Assembly (NCBI RefSeq): GCF_009914755.1 | Contig: NC_060932.1 | Source of the DNA: the human T2T-CHM13v2.0 reference genome, Homo sapiens | Reading direction: 5' to 3' (one strand) | DNA: 64,000 bases | Shown here: one piece after another, positions 34,486 through 63,870 of the stretch | Layout of the letters: every line of letters starts with the position of its first letter | Position numbering within the stretch: the stretch's first letter is position 1 | Notes under the pieces: generated by a model | The model's database searches: none | What the model saw: only the letters and a program-made list of their open reading frames with translations | Told to the model about the DNA's origin: nothing | Made by a program: the position numbers and the translations under genes

Positions 34486-36232
34486 CTGAGCCCAGCCCTG
34501 ACTCCAGGCTGAGATGGCCATTCACCCAGACCTTGAGCCCTGCCCTGACCCCAGGCTGAGACGGCCGCCCACCCAGGCTGTTCTGAATCTAGCCCTGACT
34601 CCAGGCTGAGACGGCCGTCCACCCAGACCATTCTGAGCCCTGCCCTGACCCCAGGCTGAGATGGTCATCTATCGGGGGAAATTCACCCCCGATATTTCAT
34701 GTAGGTTCTTTTCTATTTTCCCTAAGTGTCGGCCAGTCTGAGAAATAAAGGGACAGAGTACAAAAGAGAGAAATTTCAAAGCTGGGCGTCCGGGGGAGAC
34801 ATCACATGTCGGCAGGTTCCGTGATGCCCCCTGAGCCGTAAAACCAGCAAATTTTTATTAGTGATTTTCAAAAGGGGAGGGAGTGTACAAATAGGATGTG
34901 GGTCACAGAGATCACATGCTTCACAAGGTAATAAGATATCACAAGGCAAACGGAGGCAGGGCGAGATCACAGGACCACGGGACCGGGGCGAAATTAAAAT
35001 TGCTAATGAAGTTTTGGGCACACATTGTCATTGATAACATCTTATCAGGAGACAGGGTTTGAGAGCAGACAACCAGTCTGACCAAAATTTATTAGGCGGG
35101 AATTTCCTCATCCTAATAAGCCTGGGAGCACTGCGGGAGACTGGGGCTTATTTCATCCCTTATCTACAACTGTAAAAGGCAGCCGTCCCCAAAGCAGACA
35201 TTTCAGAGGCCTTCCCTTAGGGATACATTCTCTTTCTCAGGGATGTTCCTTGCTGAGAAAAAGAATTCAGCGATATTTCTCCTATTTGCTTTTGAAAGAA
35301 GAGAAATATGGCTCTGTTTCACCTGGCTCACAGGCAACCAGAGTTTAAGGTGATCTCTCTTGTTCCCTGAACATTGCTGTTACCCTGTTCTTTTTTCAAG
35401 GTACCCAGATTTCATATTGTTCAAACACACATGCTCTGCAAACAATTTGTGCAGTTAACACAATCATCACAGGGTCCTGAGGCAATATACATCCTCCTCA
35501 GCTTACGAAGATGATGGGATTAAAAGATTAAAGACAGGCATAGGAAATCACAAGGGTATTGATTGGGGAAGTGATAAGTGTCCATGAAATCTTCACAATT
35601 TATGTTCAGAGATTGCAGTAAAGACAGGCATAAGAAATTATAAAAGTATTAATTTGGGGAACTAATAAATGTCCATGAAATCTTCACAATTTATGTTCTT
35701 CTTCCATGGCTTCAGCCAGTCCCTCTGTTTGGGGTCCCTGACAATAGCCGTCCACCCAGACTGTTCTGAGCCCAGCCCTGACTCCAGGCTGAGACGGCCG
35801 TCCACCCAGGGCGTTCTCAGCCCAGCCCTGACTCCAGGCTGAGACGGCCGTCCACCCAGGGCGTTCTCAGCCCAGCCCTGACTCCAGGCTGAGACGGCCG
35901 TCCACCCAGGGCGTTCTCAGCCCAGCCCTGACTCCAGGCTGAGACGGCCGTCCACCCAGGGCGTTCTCAGCCCAGCCCTGACTCCAGGCTGCGACGACCG
36001 TCCACCCAGGGCGTTCTCAGCCCAGCCCTGACTCCAGGCTGAGATGGCCGTCCACCGAGGGTGTTCTCAGCCCAGCCCTGACTCCAGGCTGAGATGGCCA
36101 TCCACCCAGGGTGTTCTGAGCCAGCCCTGACTCCAGGCTGAGATGGCCAACCACCCAGACCGTTCTGAGCCCAGCCCTGACTCCAGGCTGAGAAGGCCGT
36201 CCACCCAGACCATTCTGAGCCCAGCCCTGACT
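34486..36232. repeat. 50-bp tandem repeat (CCCAGCCCTGACTCCAGGCTGAGACGGCCGTCCACCCAGGGCGTTCTCAG), about 3.7 units at 34486-34669 and about 9.7 units at 35747-36232, split by an LTR
   Basis: Directly visible tandem units on both sides of the LTR. Confidence 0.95.
34670..35746 (-). mobile_element. MER11 (HERV-K11/HML-8) solo LTR
   Basis: Termini tatcgggggaaattcacccccgata and ttcagccagtccctctgtttggggtccctgac; 6-bp TSD gtcatc/gccgtc. Confidence 0.85.
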
Positions 36233-37150
36233 TTCTGTCCAGAGTGCAGTCCTGAAGGAGCCCCTTTCTCCCACCACCAGGGGAGACCAGTCTAACCCCT
36301 GACACGGGGCATCATGGGAGCCCTAGCCAGGGCACAGAAATGACAGGCCTGGCCCACACCACAGGATGGCTGGTGGCCGCAGGAGCTCTGCCTCTTGGTG
36401 ACCATCCAGAGGCTCTCTGACAACCCTACTCAGATGTTCCCTGGAGCCACATGGCAAGAGTTCTGCCAGAAGAGCCATGAGCCTGGCACTCTGTGGGTTC
36501 TGGTCCCTGGGGGGGCACCCGTGCCCCAGGAGCACCTCCCCAAGGCCATGGTGCCAGCAGGATGTTGCAGAGGCCTGAGGTCAGAGTGGCAGGTGGGCGG
36601 CCTCAGGAATGGTGAGGAAGAAGCCGAGTGCTGACGCTGAGTGGGTCAGCAAAGGGCTGTTTGTTGACCTTGAGAGGGAGGCCCTCATCCTGTGTGGGAG
36701 GCCAGCAGGGCCCCCTGGGACCACGTTCCCTCCTTGCTTGGATTCAGGTAGCCCAGAGAGCTGAGGGGTTGGCCCTGGCTCCTCGGCAAGTTAGTGGCAA
36801 GCTGGATGGAGCTGGGGACTCCCGCCCTGGGCCACGGTTTCTCTATGACCCTAGGTCCCAAGCAGCCAGTGGTGGGGCCTGGTCTCTGAGGCCCAGCTCT
36901 GAAAAAAGTGGTGTTGTTGGGGGGCATGGGCTGGAGGGCCTGGGCCCAGAGGACAAGGAGTTTAAGCAGGGATATGTTCCCTGACAGGGAAGCCCCGACC
37001 TCTGCCCTGGCCACATCCTTCCCCTGATCTCATGGCTGAAAAGCCACACCAGAATTCCTGCAATTCAGTGAGGCAGCTCTTCAAAACCAAGCAGCTGGTG
37101 ACGCACAGGGACAGAGGGTAGGCCTGCGGGGGAGAGGGCGGGAAAGGCCC

Positions 37151-39380
<2,230 letters not shown>

Positions 39381-39826
39381 TCCAGGGTGCTAGTGCACAG
39401 ACAAACTTCAGCGAATCAGAGCAGCCCTCGGACTCCTCACCCTCCTGGGGATCGAATGAGTCCTGCACAGCAGCAAAGCCAGAACATCCGGCTCTCCATC
39501 TCCCACCCTGTCCTCAGCACAGTCACCCAAAGGAGAACTGTCTGCCTCACGCCCCCACCCCAGTCCCCATTCCTCCCTCCCATCCTTCCCTGCAATTCTC
39601 ACCCAGAGCCCCATGGCTGTACTGCACCTCCTCTCCTTAGCGCCCCCACCCAGGACCCTCCCAGGCCTGGTCCACCCCTCCTCACTTTCCTCCCTCTGGC
39701 TGATTCTCAGCCACTTGCCCTGCAGGCTTGCCAGAGAGAGGAAGGTGGGGCAGGGAGAGGCCCTGCCCTCAGCGGCTCCTCCCCTCAGGCTCTTCCTGAC
39801 TGGCCCAGAACAAGGGTGGGTTCCTG

Positions 39827-40238
<412 letters not shown>

Positions 40239-40290
40239 TAATCTCATCACTTTGGGAGGCCAAGGCAGGAAGATAGCTTGAGGCCAGGAG

Positions 40291-52001
<11,711 letters not shown>

Positions 52002-52158
52002 TCAAATCTTGGCAGCCCACAGACTGAGTCAAATTGAGAAGAAAGAAAGTGGAGGCAAGTTCATTAACGTCAGTGCAATTAATTTAACAGTATTCAATTA
52101 CAAACAAATAGAGCATTTCAGAGAGTGATGAGGGTTCTGAGGATGCACAAACAAGGGG

Positions 52159-53162
52159 TGTAGGGTCCAGCCCCACAGGGTAGGTGGGTCTCTCCCCACG
52201 TGCGGCGACAAGAGATTGTAGAAATAAAGACACAAGACAAAGAGATAAAAGAAAAGACAGCTGGGCCCAGGGGACCACTACCACCAAGTTGCAGAGACTG
52301 GTAGAGGCCCCGAATGTCTGGCTGCACTGATATTTATTGGATACAAAGCAAAAGGGGCAGGATAAGAAGAGTGAGCCATCTCCAATGATAGGTAAGGTCA
52401 CGTGGGTTGCGTGTCCACTGGACAGGGGGCCCTTCCCTGCCTGGCAGCTGAGGCAGAGAGAGAGAGGAGACAGAGAAAGATAGCTTATGCCATTATTTCT
52501 GCATATCAGAGACTTTTAGTACTTTCACTAATTGACTACTGCTATCTAGAAGGCAGAGCCAGGTGTACAGGATGGAACATGAAAGCGGACTAGGAGCGTG
52601 ACCACTGAAGCACAGCATCACAGGGAGACGGTTAGGCCTCCGGATAACTGCGGGCCGGTCTGACTAATGTCAGGCCCTCCACATGCAGTGGAGGAGTAGA
52701 GTCTTCTCTAAACTCCCCTGGGGAAAGGGAGACTTCCTTTCCCGGTCTGCTAAGTAGAGGGTGTTTTTCCTTGACACTTATGCTACCGCTAGACCTCGGT
52801 CCGCCTGGCAACCGGCGTCTTCCCAGACGCTGGCATTACTGCTAGACCAAGGAGCCCTCTGGTGGCCCTGTCCGGGCATAACAGAGGGCTCGCACTCTTG
52901 TCTTCCGGTCTCACTTCACTATGTCCCCTCAGCTCCTATCTCTGTATGGCCTGGTTTTTCCTAGGCTATGATTATAGAGTGAGGATTATTATAATATTGG
53001 AATAAAGAGTAATTGCTACAAACTAATGACTAATGATATTCATATATAATCATATCTAAGATCTATATCTGGTATAACTATTCTTGTTTTATATTTTATT
53101 ATACTGGAACGGCTCATGTCCTCTGTCTCTTGCCTCGGCGCCTGGGTGGCTTGCCGCCCACA
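52159..53162 (-). mobile_element. LTR13 (HERV-K13/HML-4) solo LTR without TSD
   Basis: Termini tgtagggtccagcc ... gcttgccgcccaca. Confidence 0.85.
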
Positions 53163-53876
53163 TGCCTCAGCCTCCCAGAGTGCAGGGATTACAGTCATGA
53201 GCCACCGTATGCGGCCACATCTTGTTATGAAAAGAAATTCTCAATGTTAATGAGGTCAAATTCATGTATATTTACTCTGATAGTGCTTTTGTGGAGTAGA
53301 CAAAGATTACTTAAAATATTCCCATGTGTTGACTTCTAAATGTTTTATGGTTTTAAGTCCTACATTCAGGGCTAGGATGGTTTTGGGTAGGCTGTGAGGT
53401 TTGGGGTCATGATTTACTGACGGTTTTTTTTTTAGACAAATATTCCATTGATCCAGCACCATTCTTCAAGCTAACTTATAACGATCCCAAATGGGAGTAT
53501 GGAACTCTAAGAAGGCAAGAGAAGCAGAATAATAACTATTTGGATAAATATAAAATATCAATGGTGTAAAATAAGAATAACGTCTTGTAGGTTTATAATA
53601 TATATGCAAGTAAATATATATGGGACTATAGGCACGCACGACCACACTCAGCTAATTTTTAAAATTTTTTTGTAGAAATGGAATCATGATATGTTGCCTG
53701 GCTGGTCTTGAACTCCTGAGCTCAAGTGATCCTCCCACCTCAGCCTCTCAAAGTACTGGGATTACAGTCATGAGCCACTGTGTCTGGCACAAGCAAATAT
53801 TAAAACAATGAAAGTACAATGGAATAGAGGTAGGTAAATGAAGTTATGCTGTGTAATGTTCTGAATTGTTCATGAG

Positions 53877-54834
53877 TGTGGGCGGCAAGCCACCCAGGTG
53901 CCGAGGCAAGAGACCAAGGGCACAAGCTGTTCCAGTATAATAAAGAAAATATATAGAATAAGAATAGTTATACTAGAAATAAATTATAGATATGATTATA
54001 TATGAATATTATCAATCATTAGTTTGTAGCATTACTCTTTTTTCAATATTATAATAATCTTTGTTCTACAATTATAACCTAGGAAAAACCAGGCCATACA
54101 GAGATAGGAGCTGAAGGGACATGGTGAGAAGTGACCAGAAGACAAGAGTGCGAGCCTTCTGTCATGCCCGGACAGGGCCACTACAGGGCTCCTTGGTCTA
54201 GCAGTAGTGCCAGTGCCTGGAAGGCACCTGTTACTTAGCAGACCAGGAAAGGGAGTCTCCCTTTCCCTGAGGAAGTTAGAGAAGACTCTGCTCCAGCACC
54301 TCTTGTGGAGGGCCTGACATCAGTCAAGCCCGCCCGCAGTTATCTGGAGGCCTAAACGTCTCCCTGTGATGCTGTGCTTCAGTGGTCACGCTCCTGATCC
54401 ACTTTCATGTTCCGCCCTGTACACCTGGCTCCGCCTTCTAGATAGCAGTAGCAGAATTAGTGAAAGTATTAACGTCTTTGATCTCTCCAGAACTACATAG
54501 AAGAAATAATGACGTAAGCTGTCCCCTCTCTCTCTCCGCCTCGGCTACCAAATAGGGAAGGGCCCCCTGTCTGGTGGACACATGACTTGTGTGACCTTAC
54601 CTATCATTGGAGATGACTCACACTCCTTACCCTGCCCTCTTGCCTTATATACAATAAATAACGGCACGGCCAGGCATTCAGGGTCACTACCGGTCTCCAC
54701 GCCTTGGTGGTAGTGGTCCCCAGGGCCCAGCTGTCTTTTCTTCTATCTCTTTGTCTTGTGTCTTTATTTCTACGATCTCTCATCTCCACACACGAGGAGA
54801 AAAACCCACAGGTCCTGTAGGGCTGGACCCTATA
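53877..54834 (+). mobile_element. LTR13 solo LTR
   Basis: tgtgggcggcaagccacccagg ... gggctggaccctata; TSD atgag on both sides. Confidence 0.85.
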
Positions 54835-54839
54835 ATGAG

Positions 54840-57020
<2,181 letters not shown>

Positions 57021-57069
57021 CTGCTGAGTTGGGCCTGTCCCCTCCATTTTTTAGCAGCACTTGATCACC

Positions 57070-59739
57070 AGGCTGGAAAATCTGGACAAGTTCTGCCGAG
57101 TTCACAGGCTCCTGTTTGGAGCAAGCTTATGCAAAACATGAAGGATTTGTCCCACTTGAGTATGTTTAATAGTTGGCTTTCTACTAAGAGGCACCCCAGT
57201 AACCTGAGACAGACTAGCAGCAAAGGGTCTCCCATATATAATTTCATAGGGACTTAACCTGATCCCACTTCTGGGGGTCACTCTTACCCAGAGCAGTGCA
57301 AGGCCAAAGCCCTAAATCCATTTCAGTTGAGTTTCCTGACACCGTTTGGCAAGAACTGTTTTAACGGTTTGATTTTTCCTTTCCATCAGTCCAGAGGATT
57401 GCGGTCTCCATGCTGAATGCAGCTCCCAATTTACTCCGAGTGCCCTGAGTACTTGGGACAACTGCAGGGCTCTCGTAAGGGCAATCAGTTCTGCCTCCTG
57501 TGCAGAGGTTCCTATTGGTAAAGTCCTCGCTTCTGTTACCTCGGAAACAGTTACCAAGGCATATGCAGCATTTCTTTTTCTGTTGGTTACCAGGTTGCTC
57601 CCATCCACAAACAATGTCCAGTCTGCATGTGGCAGGGCTGTGTCCTTTAAATTAGGGCAACTGGAAAACACCTGGTCAATAATTTCTAAGTGATTGTGCA
57701 TAGGTTCTTTAGGCTCTTCAGTAGCGGGAAGTACAGTTTCTGGGTTTAAGACTCCAGCAGTCTGCACTTTTACTGCAGGGTCATCTGGGAGTGTGGCCTG
57801 GCATTTGCTCAGCCTGCCCGCTGTCAGCCAGTAGCCTCCCTTCTGTTCCAGTAACACCTGCACCTGGTGAGGCTCATGGATCATGATGCGCTGTCCCCAA
57901 ACCAACTTTTCAGCTTCCTTTAACAGCAGGCAGTGGCAGCAACTGCCCTTACACAAGGAGCCAGCCTTTGGCCACAGCATCCAGTAAGCCACTGGCTGCA
58001 ATATTCTTCCTAATTTCTGTGTAAGGACCCCTAGTGTTAGACCCAGTCTCTCAGGCATGTACAGGGCTCATGAAAGGGCTTGTGAGAATTTGGGAGCCCC
58101 AGGGCTAGGGCAGAGGTTAACTTAGGTTTCAGTTATTCACATGCATGCTGATGTTTTGTTCACAGTCGAAGGGGCCATTGTTAGCTCCCTTCAACAGTTT
58201 GTCTAGCGGCTTTACCAGTAGTTCATAGTTAGGAATCCAGATTAACAAAACCCTGTTATGCCTAGAAATCCTTTTAGCTGCCTTCAGGTAGCGGTGGCTG
58301 AGATGGAAGCAGTTGCATTTCGCCCTTCCACTGTTAGAGCTCTGTTTCCCTTCTATAGAGAAAACCTAAATATTTCACAGTTTGTTGGCATATTTGAGCC
58401 TTTTTACTTGAAACCTTATATCCACAGGTTGCTAGATGGTTTAGGGTTTTAATGGTGTTATTCTGATAGCCCCATTCAGAGGGGCTAGATATTAGTAAAT
58501 CATCCACATATTGTAAATATACCCAGTTTTTCGATTGCAAGCTCCTCAAATCTTGAGCCAAGGCTACTCCAAATATAGTTGGAGAGCTTTGAAATCCTGG
58601 TGGGAGCACAATCCAATGATACTGAACTTGTGTGTGGCTTTAGGACCTGTCTATTCAAAGGTGACCAACAATTGGCTTTCTGTGTCTGTGGGTATGCAAA
58701 AGAAAACTTCTTTTAAATCCAGTACTGCAAACCATTTATGATCTCCAGGAAGAGAAGCAGACATAGTATACAGGTTAGCTACAGTGGAATGTATGTCCTC
58801 TACAACATCCCAGTTTGGGTCCGTGCGGGGAATTGCTCCAGTCGGGATCTGGAGTGTCGTCTGGATTTTCATCATGAAGGTGCTGTGCCTCTTCCTTTGC
58901 TTCATTTAAAACCAGCCATAGCTCATCTGCAGTGAGCATAATGTCCCAGAGAGCCTGCTCGTCTGCCCAGGTGAGATGGTGTGCAGCAAATAGTGGTAAA
59001 TAATTCAGCTATCTTTCAGGGATCCTCCCTGTCTGTAGGGAGGGTTAGAGTTCTTCCAATGTAACAAGTCCGAGGTGGAGCAGGGATTACAGGCCCAATC
59101 ATTTTGGGCTGGAGCTTCTTGCTGATGGATGTTGTCATCGTGGGAACACTATGCAGTGCCCTGCTCTGGACTCTGTGACTCCTCAGCCAAAATTAGTACC
59201 TTGCCTAATCTGAGAGGAAGACAGAAGCCCTGCTGCTTCCCTGTACTCTGGGGGTGACATTCCCTCTCTTTTCTGAGGTGGGGCAGGAGACACTATGGGG
59301 TTTAGGGTACTTACTGTCAGGTTTGGGAGGTTTTCTCTTCCTCCCCTGGGGAACAGGACAGACCTTAGCAGTGCCTCACACCATGAGCTCATTTCCCTTT
59401 TCTTCAGCATCCTCGTTATGCAGCCACATACATGCCAGCATGCAAGGTGTTCTGCCCCCTTTGCCTGACCTCTGGCAGAACAGTTTTAATGGATAAATGT
59501 ATGAAATTTCGAAGATCCAAAAACTGGCCATCATTTCTCAGACCCTCAAACAAACATTGGCCAAGCTGTGTTGCAATAGAATATTTTTTTTTTTTTGGTC
59601 ATGGGTGGATAACCAAAGTGCTTCCAATCTGACAGAATTCTCCTCCCTAGATGACTGTGTAGGGAGAGACGCAGTATTGCCTGTACTGGAGCCGGAAGAC
59701 TTAATGACTCCCATGCCGGGCGCAGGACTTGTGTGTGGC
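57070..59739 (-). mobile_element. Deleted class-I ERV internal region (gag MA, RT, RNase H, integrase fragments)
   Basis: LPPGFQSSPTIFG...LQYVDDLL; TLFVDGS...TSAQEAELIALTRAL; HSAWRPQSSGLMER. Confidence 0.9.
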
Positions 59740-59755
59740 CGGTTGTCCCTTTCTT

Positions 59756-59765
59756 TCTCTTTCTT

Positions 59766-59798
<33 letters not shown>

Positions 59799-59808
59799 TC
59801 TTTCTTTC

Positions 59809-59856
<48 letters not shown>

Positions 59857-60663
59857 TCCTTCCTTCCTTCTTTCTTTCTTTCTTGTACGATATCTATTTT
59901 GTTTTCCTCCCGAGAATAGTCTGTCTTCAGTCTTTAAGGACTCAGTTCCTCACGTGGGCTTTGGTGGCGGTCGTGGGGCAGCACCCACAGGTCTAAATCG
60001 AGGCGGGGGTGTTCGGTCCTTGTGGGCTTCATGAGATCCATTCCTGACTACCTTGCTGTGCATTGCACAACCTACACAAGAAAGTAGCTTCACATACAGC
60101 TTGGGAAGCACATAGGCATCGAAGACACTCGCTTCGGAAATGTCCCTGACTGCTGCGGCCTCCATGATGTTTCCAATGATGAATTTCTTTTCTTTTCTTT
60201 TCTTTTCTTTTCTTTTCTTTTCTTTTCTTTTCTTTCAAGATGGGGTCTCACTCTATCACTCAGGCTGGAGTGCAGAGGCGCAATCTCAGCTCACTACAAC
60301 CTCCGCCTCCCAGGTTCAAGCGATTCTCATGCCTCCTGAGTAGCTGGGATTACAGGCACCCACCATCACACCGGCTATTTTTTGTATTTTTAGTAGAGAC
60401 GGGGTTTTGCCATGTTGGCCAGGCTGGTCTGGAACTCATGACCTCAGGTGATCCACCCACCTTGGTCTCCCAAAGTGCTGGGATTACAGGTGTGAGCCAC
60501 TGCGCCCAGCCTCAAATGATGAATTTCTTAATGGCCTTGTCCTTGGCCACACATCAGGCACCATTCGTGCAGCGAATCGGCTGCACATGGCTGTGGCCCT
60601 TTTTGGCATGACCATTGTTCCTTCTTTTCTTTGTCATCTTGGAGGCATAGACCGGAAAGAGGA
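59756..60663 (-). pseudogene. RPS26 processed pseudogene (CDS 60637-59950) with Alu insertion (60190-60514) and tail converted to (TTTC)n
   Basis: [14 protein letters not shown]...[26 protein letters not shown]...RTPPPRFRP; in-frame stop; TSD cggttgtccctttctt / cagttgttcctttctt; Alu TSD aatgatgaatttctt. Confidence 0.95.
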
Positions 60664-60679
60664 CAGTTGTTCCTTTCTT

Positions 60680-62692
60680 TTGGCCAATTTCTCCCTTTTG
60701 GAATGGGAATGTTTACCCAATGCCTGCATCCCCATTGTATCTTGGAAATAAATAACTTGTCTTTGAGTTCAAAGGCTCATAGGTGGAAAGAACTCATTTC
60801 CAGATGAGACTTTGAACCTGGGACTGCAGGCTTTTGGTTGTGTTGATGCTGGGACGAGTTAAGACTTTGGGGAACTACTGAGAAGGGACGATCTTACTTT
60901 GCAATGTGAGAAGGACATGAGATTCGGGAAGCCCAGGGTGGAATGATATGGTTTAGATGTCTATCTCTTCCAAATATCATGGGGAAAAGGCCTCAAAGGC
61001 ATTTCAGAAATCTCTGGAAGTGTAATCCCCAGTGGTGGAGGTGGGCCTGGTGGGTGGTGTTTGGATCGTTGGGGTGGGTCCCTCATGAACGTGTTGGCGC
61101 CATCCTCATGATAGTGAGTGAGTTCTCGCTCTGAGTTCATGTGAGATGTAATTGTTTAAAAGAGTGAGGTGCCTCCTACCCCTTTCTCCACTCTTGTTAT
61201 GTGAGATACCTGCTGTGGGGAAAAGAAAGAGAGATCAGATTGTTACTGTGTCTACGTAGAAAAGGAAGACATAAGAAACTCCATTTTGATCTCTACTAAG
61301 AAAAATTGTTCTGCTTTGAGATGCTGTTAATCTGTAACTTTAGCCCCAACCCTGTGCTCACAGAAACATGTGCTGTATTGAATCAAGGTTTAATGGATTT
61401 AGGGCTGTGCAGGGTATGCCTTGTTAACATGTTTGCAGGCAGTGTGCTTGGTAAAAGTCATTGCCATTCTCCATTCTCTATTAACCAGGGACACAATGCA
61501 CTGCAGAAAGCCACAGGGACCCCTGCCCCTCCACACCTGTGAGTATTTCTCGTCAGGTGGAGATAAGAGACTGAGAAAAGAAATAAGACACAGAGACAAA
61601 GTATAGAGAAAGAACAGTGGGCCCAGGAGACCGGCACTTAACATGCGAGGACCCGCATCGGCGCTGGTCTCTGAGCTCCCTCAGGATTTATTGATCACTA
61701 TTTTTACTATCTTGGCGAGGGGAGTGTGGCAGGACAACAGGGTGATGGTGGGGAGAAGGTCAGCAGGGAAACATGTGAGCAAAGGAATCTGTATCATGAA
61801 TAAGTTCAAGGGAAGGTACTGTGCCTGGATGTGCACGTAGGCTAGATTTATGTTTCACTTTACACAAACATCTCAGTGTAGCAAAGAGTAACCGAGCAGT
61901 ATTGCTGCCAGCATATCTCGCCTCCAGCCACAGGGCAGTTTTCTCCCATCTCAGAATAGAACTAACGGTCAGCTTTACACTGAGGCATTCCATTTCCAGG
62001 GACAAGCCGGAGACAGAAACCTTCCTCTTATCTCAACTGCAAAGAGGCCTCCCTCTTTCACTACTCCTCCTCAGCACAGACCCTTCACGGGTGTTGGGCT
62101 GGGGGATGTAAGGTCTTTCCTTTCCCACAAGGCCATATCTCAGGCTGTCTCAGTGGGGGGAAACCTTGGTCAATACGCAGGCTTTCTTGGGCAGAGGTCC
62201 CTGCGGCTTTCCGCAGTGCATTGTGTCCCTGGTTAATAGAGAATGGAGAATGGCGATGACTTTTACCAAGCATACTGCCTGCCAACAAATTGTTAACAAG
62301 GCACATTCTGCACAGCCCTAAATCCCTTAAACCTTGATTCAATAGAGCATATGTTTCTGTGAGCACAGAGTTGGGGCTAAAGTTACAGATTAACAGCACC
62401 TCAAAGCAGAACAATTTTTCCTAGTACAGATCAAAATGGAGTTTCTTATGTCTTCCTTTTCTATGTAGACACAGTAACAATCTGATCTGTCTTTCTTTTC
62501 CCCACAACCTGCTTCCCCTTTGCCTTCTGCTATGATTGGAAACTTCCTGAGGCCTCCCGAGAAGCCAAGCAGATGCCAGCACTGTGCTTCCTGTACAGCC
62601 TGCAATACCAAGAGCCAATTAAACCTCTTCTTTGTAATTTGCCCAGTCTTAGGTATTTCTTTACAACAACAAAAGAACAGACTATCACAACA
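60680..62692 (+). mobile_element. MaLR (MST-like) internal 3' end plus LTR, host of the LTR5 insertion
   Basis: gcaatgtgagaaggacatgagatt...tgatatggttt; end agccaattaaacctct...cccagtcttaggtatttcttt. Confidence 0.8.
61214..62506. mobile_element. Fold-back LTR5 (HERV-K HML-2): partial + copy 61214-61528 fused to a near-full - copy 61524-62506
   Basis: Both ends read tgtggggaaaagaaag inward; TSD acctgc at 61208-61213 and 62507-62512. Confidence 0.93.
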
Positions 62693-63289
62693 GGCAAGAG
62701 TCAAAATTTTCTTGTCTCAGTTCCCTTGGAGAACAGTAATTATATATTTATAGTGGTTGTTATGGTGATTTATGCCAACAAAAGGGCACTTGACTAATAA
62801 TTTCTTTTTTTTTTTCTGAGAATATCTCGCTCCAGATTGACTAATAACTTCCTAGAAAACTACCATGCTTAAGATAAAATCCAAGCTCTTCTGCAGTGCC
62901 ACTCCCAGAATTGTTTATCCTGTCACTGCAGGAGTGAGCTGGGCTGGGTCTGAGATCTTATGTCCCAGGGAGAAATGCTCCCCGCACCGCCCCAGGGGGA
63001 CCCCAAGGGTCCTGGGAGTTGGAAACGAAAGTTGACCCATGGTGGTTCTGAGTTCCTGCCTCTGAGTCAATAGGCAAAGCAAGGGGCTGTGCCATCCTAG
63101 CTGGGGCTGTTTTCAACTCACCAAGGAAGCGAGCTGGCCCCGCTCCCATGGGGTGTGGGGAATTGTCTCTGGGCTCAAGGCTCTCTCTCATCTCTTACGT
63201 CTCCCACATCCAAGGGAAAAAGTTAATGGGAACCAGAGCCCCTAGAAAGAGACAAGGCTGCGGAAAGTCCAGACGCTTCCGCAGTGAGG

Positions 63290-63870
63290 GCTTAGTCACC
63301 CTGTAACTGAGTGGCTGGTCTTCAAAATGCATTTTTAAACTTGTTTCCTTTCTCTTGGGTTTCAAGATATAACCTTGAAGCAAACTGCAGAAGCCTTTTC
63401 CCTTAGCCTTGAAATACACTCCTCATCCCTCCCTTTCTCACCGTAAATACTCTCTCAAAGTTCTCTGTCCATTAGTATCTAATTATGTGCCTTCTTAGAA
63501 GTGCCGCAGGCTAATCTTGAGACAGACAGGCCAAGCCTGGGGACCCAGCCGCAAAATTCCAGAGATGACTTCAAAGCGGGTAATTAACAGCCCGGCCATA
63601 GTTGCGATGATGCCAGCCCGTGCTCCAGGTGAACTGGGACCCAAGACAGCCACCAGGACGGGACACACAGGCGCTGTGCTCAGCACGATTCCTGCATGCC
63701 TTCCATATCCAGCTTTCCATTTGTGAACCTTTGCCTTTCCCCCCACATTTGAAGTGGTTGCTCTGGGTCAGAATCCAGCTACTTCCTTTCACTAGTCTTG
63801 GCTAATGAAGTCTCTTGCTTTCTACCGGCCCCTGCTCTTGTTAATCAGACTCCGCAAGCAGAGAACACCT
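63290..63870 (+). mobile_element. Probable ERVL-type LTR (MER54/73-like)
   Basis: aagatataaccttgaagcaaactgcagaagcc resembles the recalled consensus; weak. Confidence 0.4.

Noticed and set aside
35747-36232. CRISPR-like appearance of the 50-bp array
   Set aside because: Head-to-tail units with no unique spacers, no cas genes, and primate DNA
57312-58058. 248-aa pol ORF as a possible domesticated gene
   Set aside because: Fusion of partial RNase H and integrase by deletion; neighbouring RT is frameshifted
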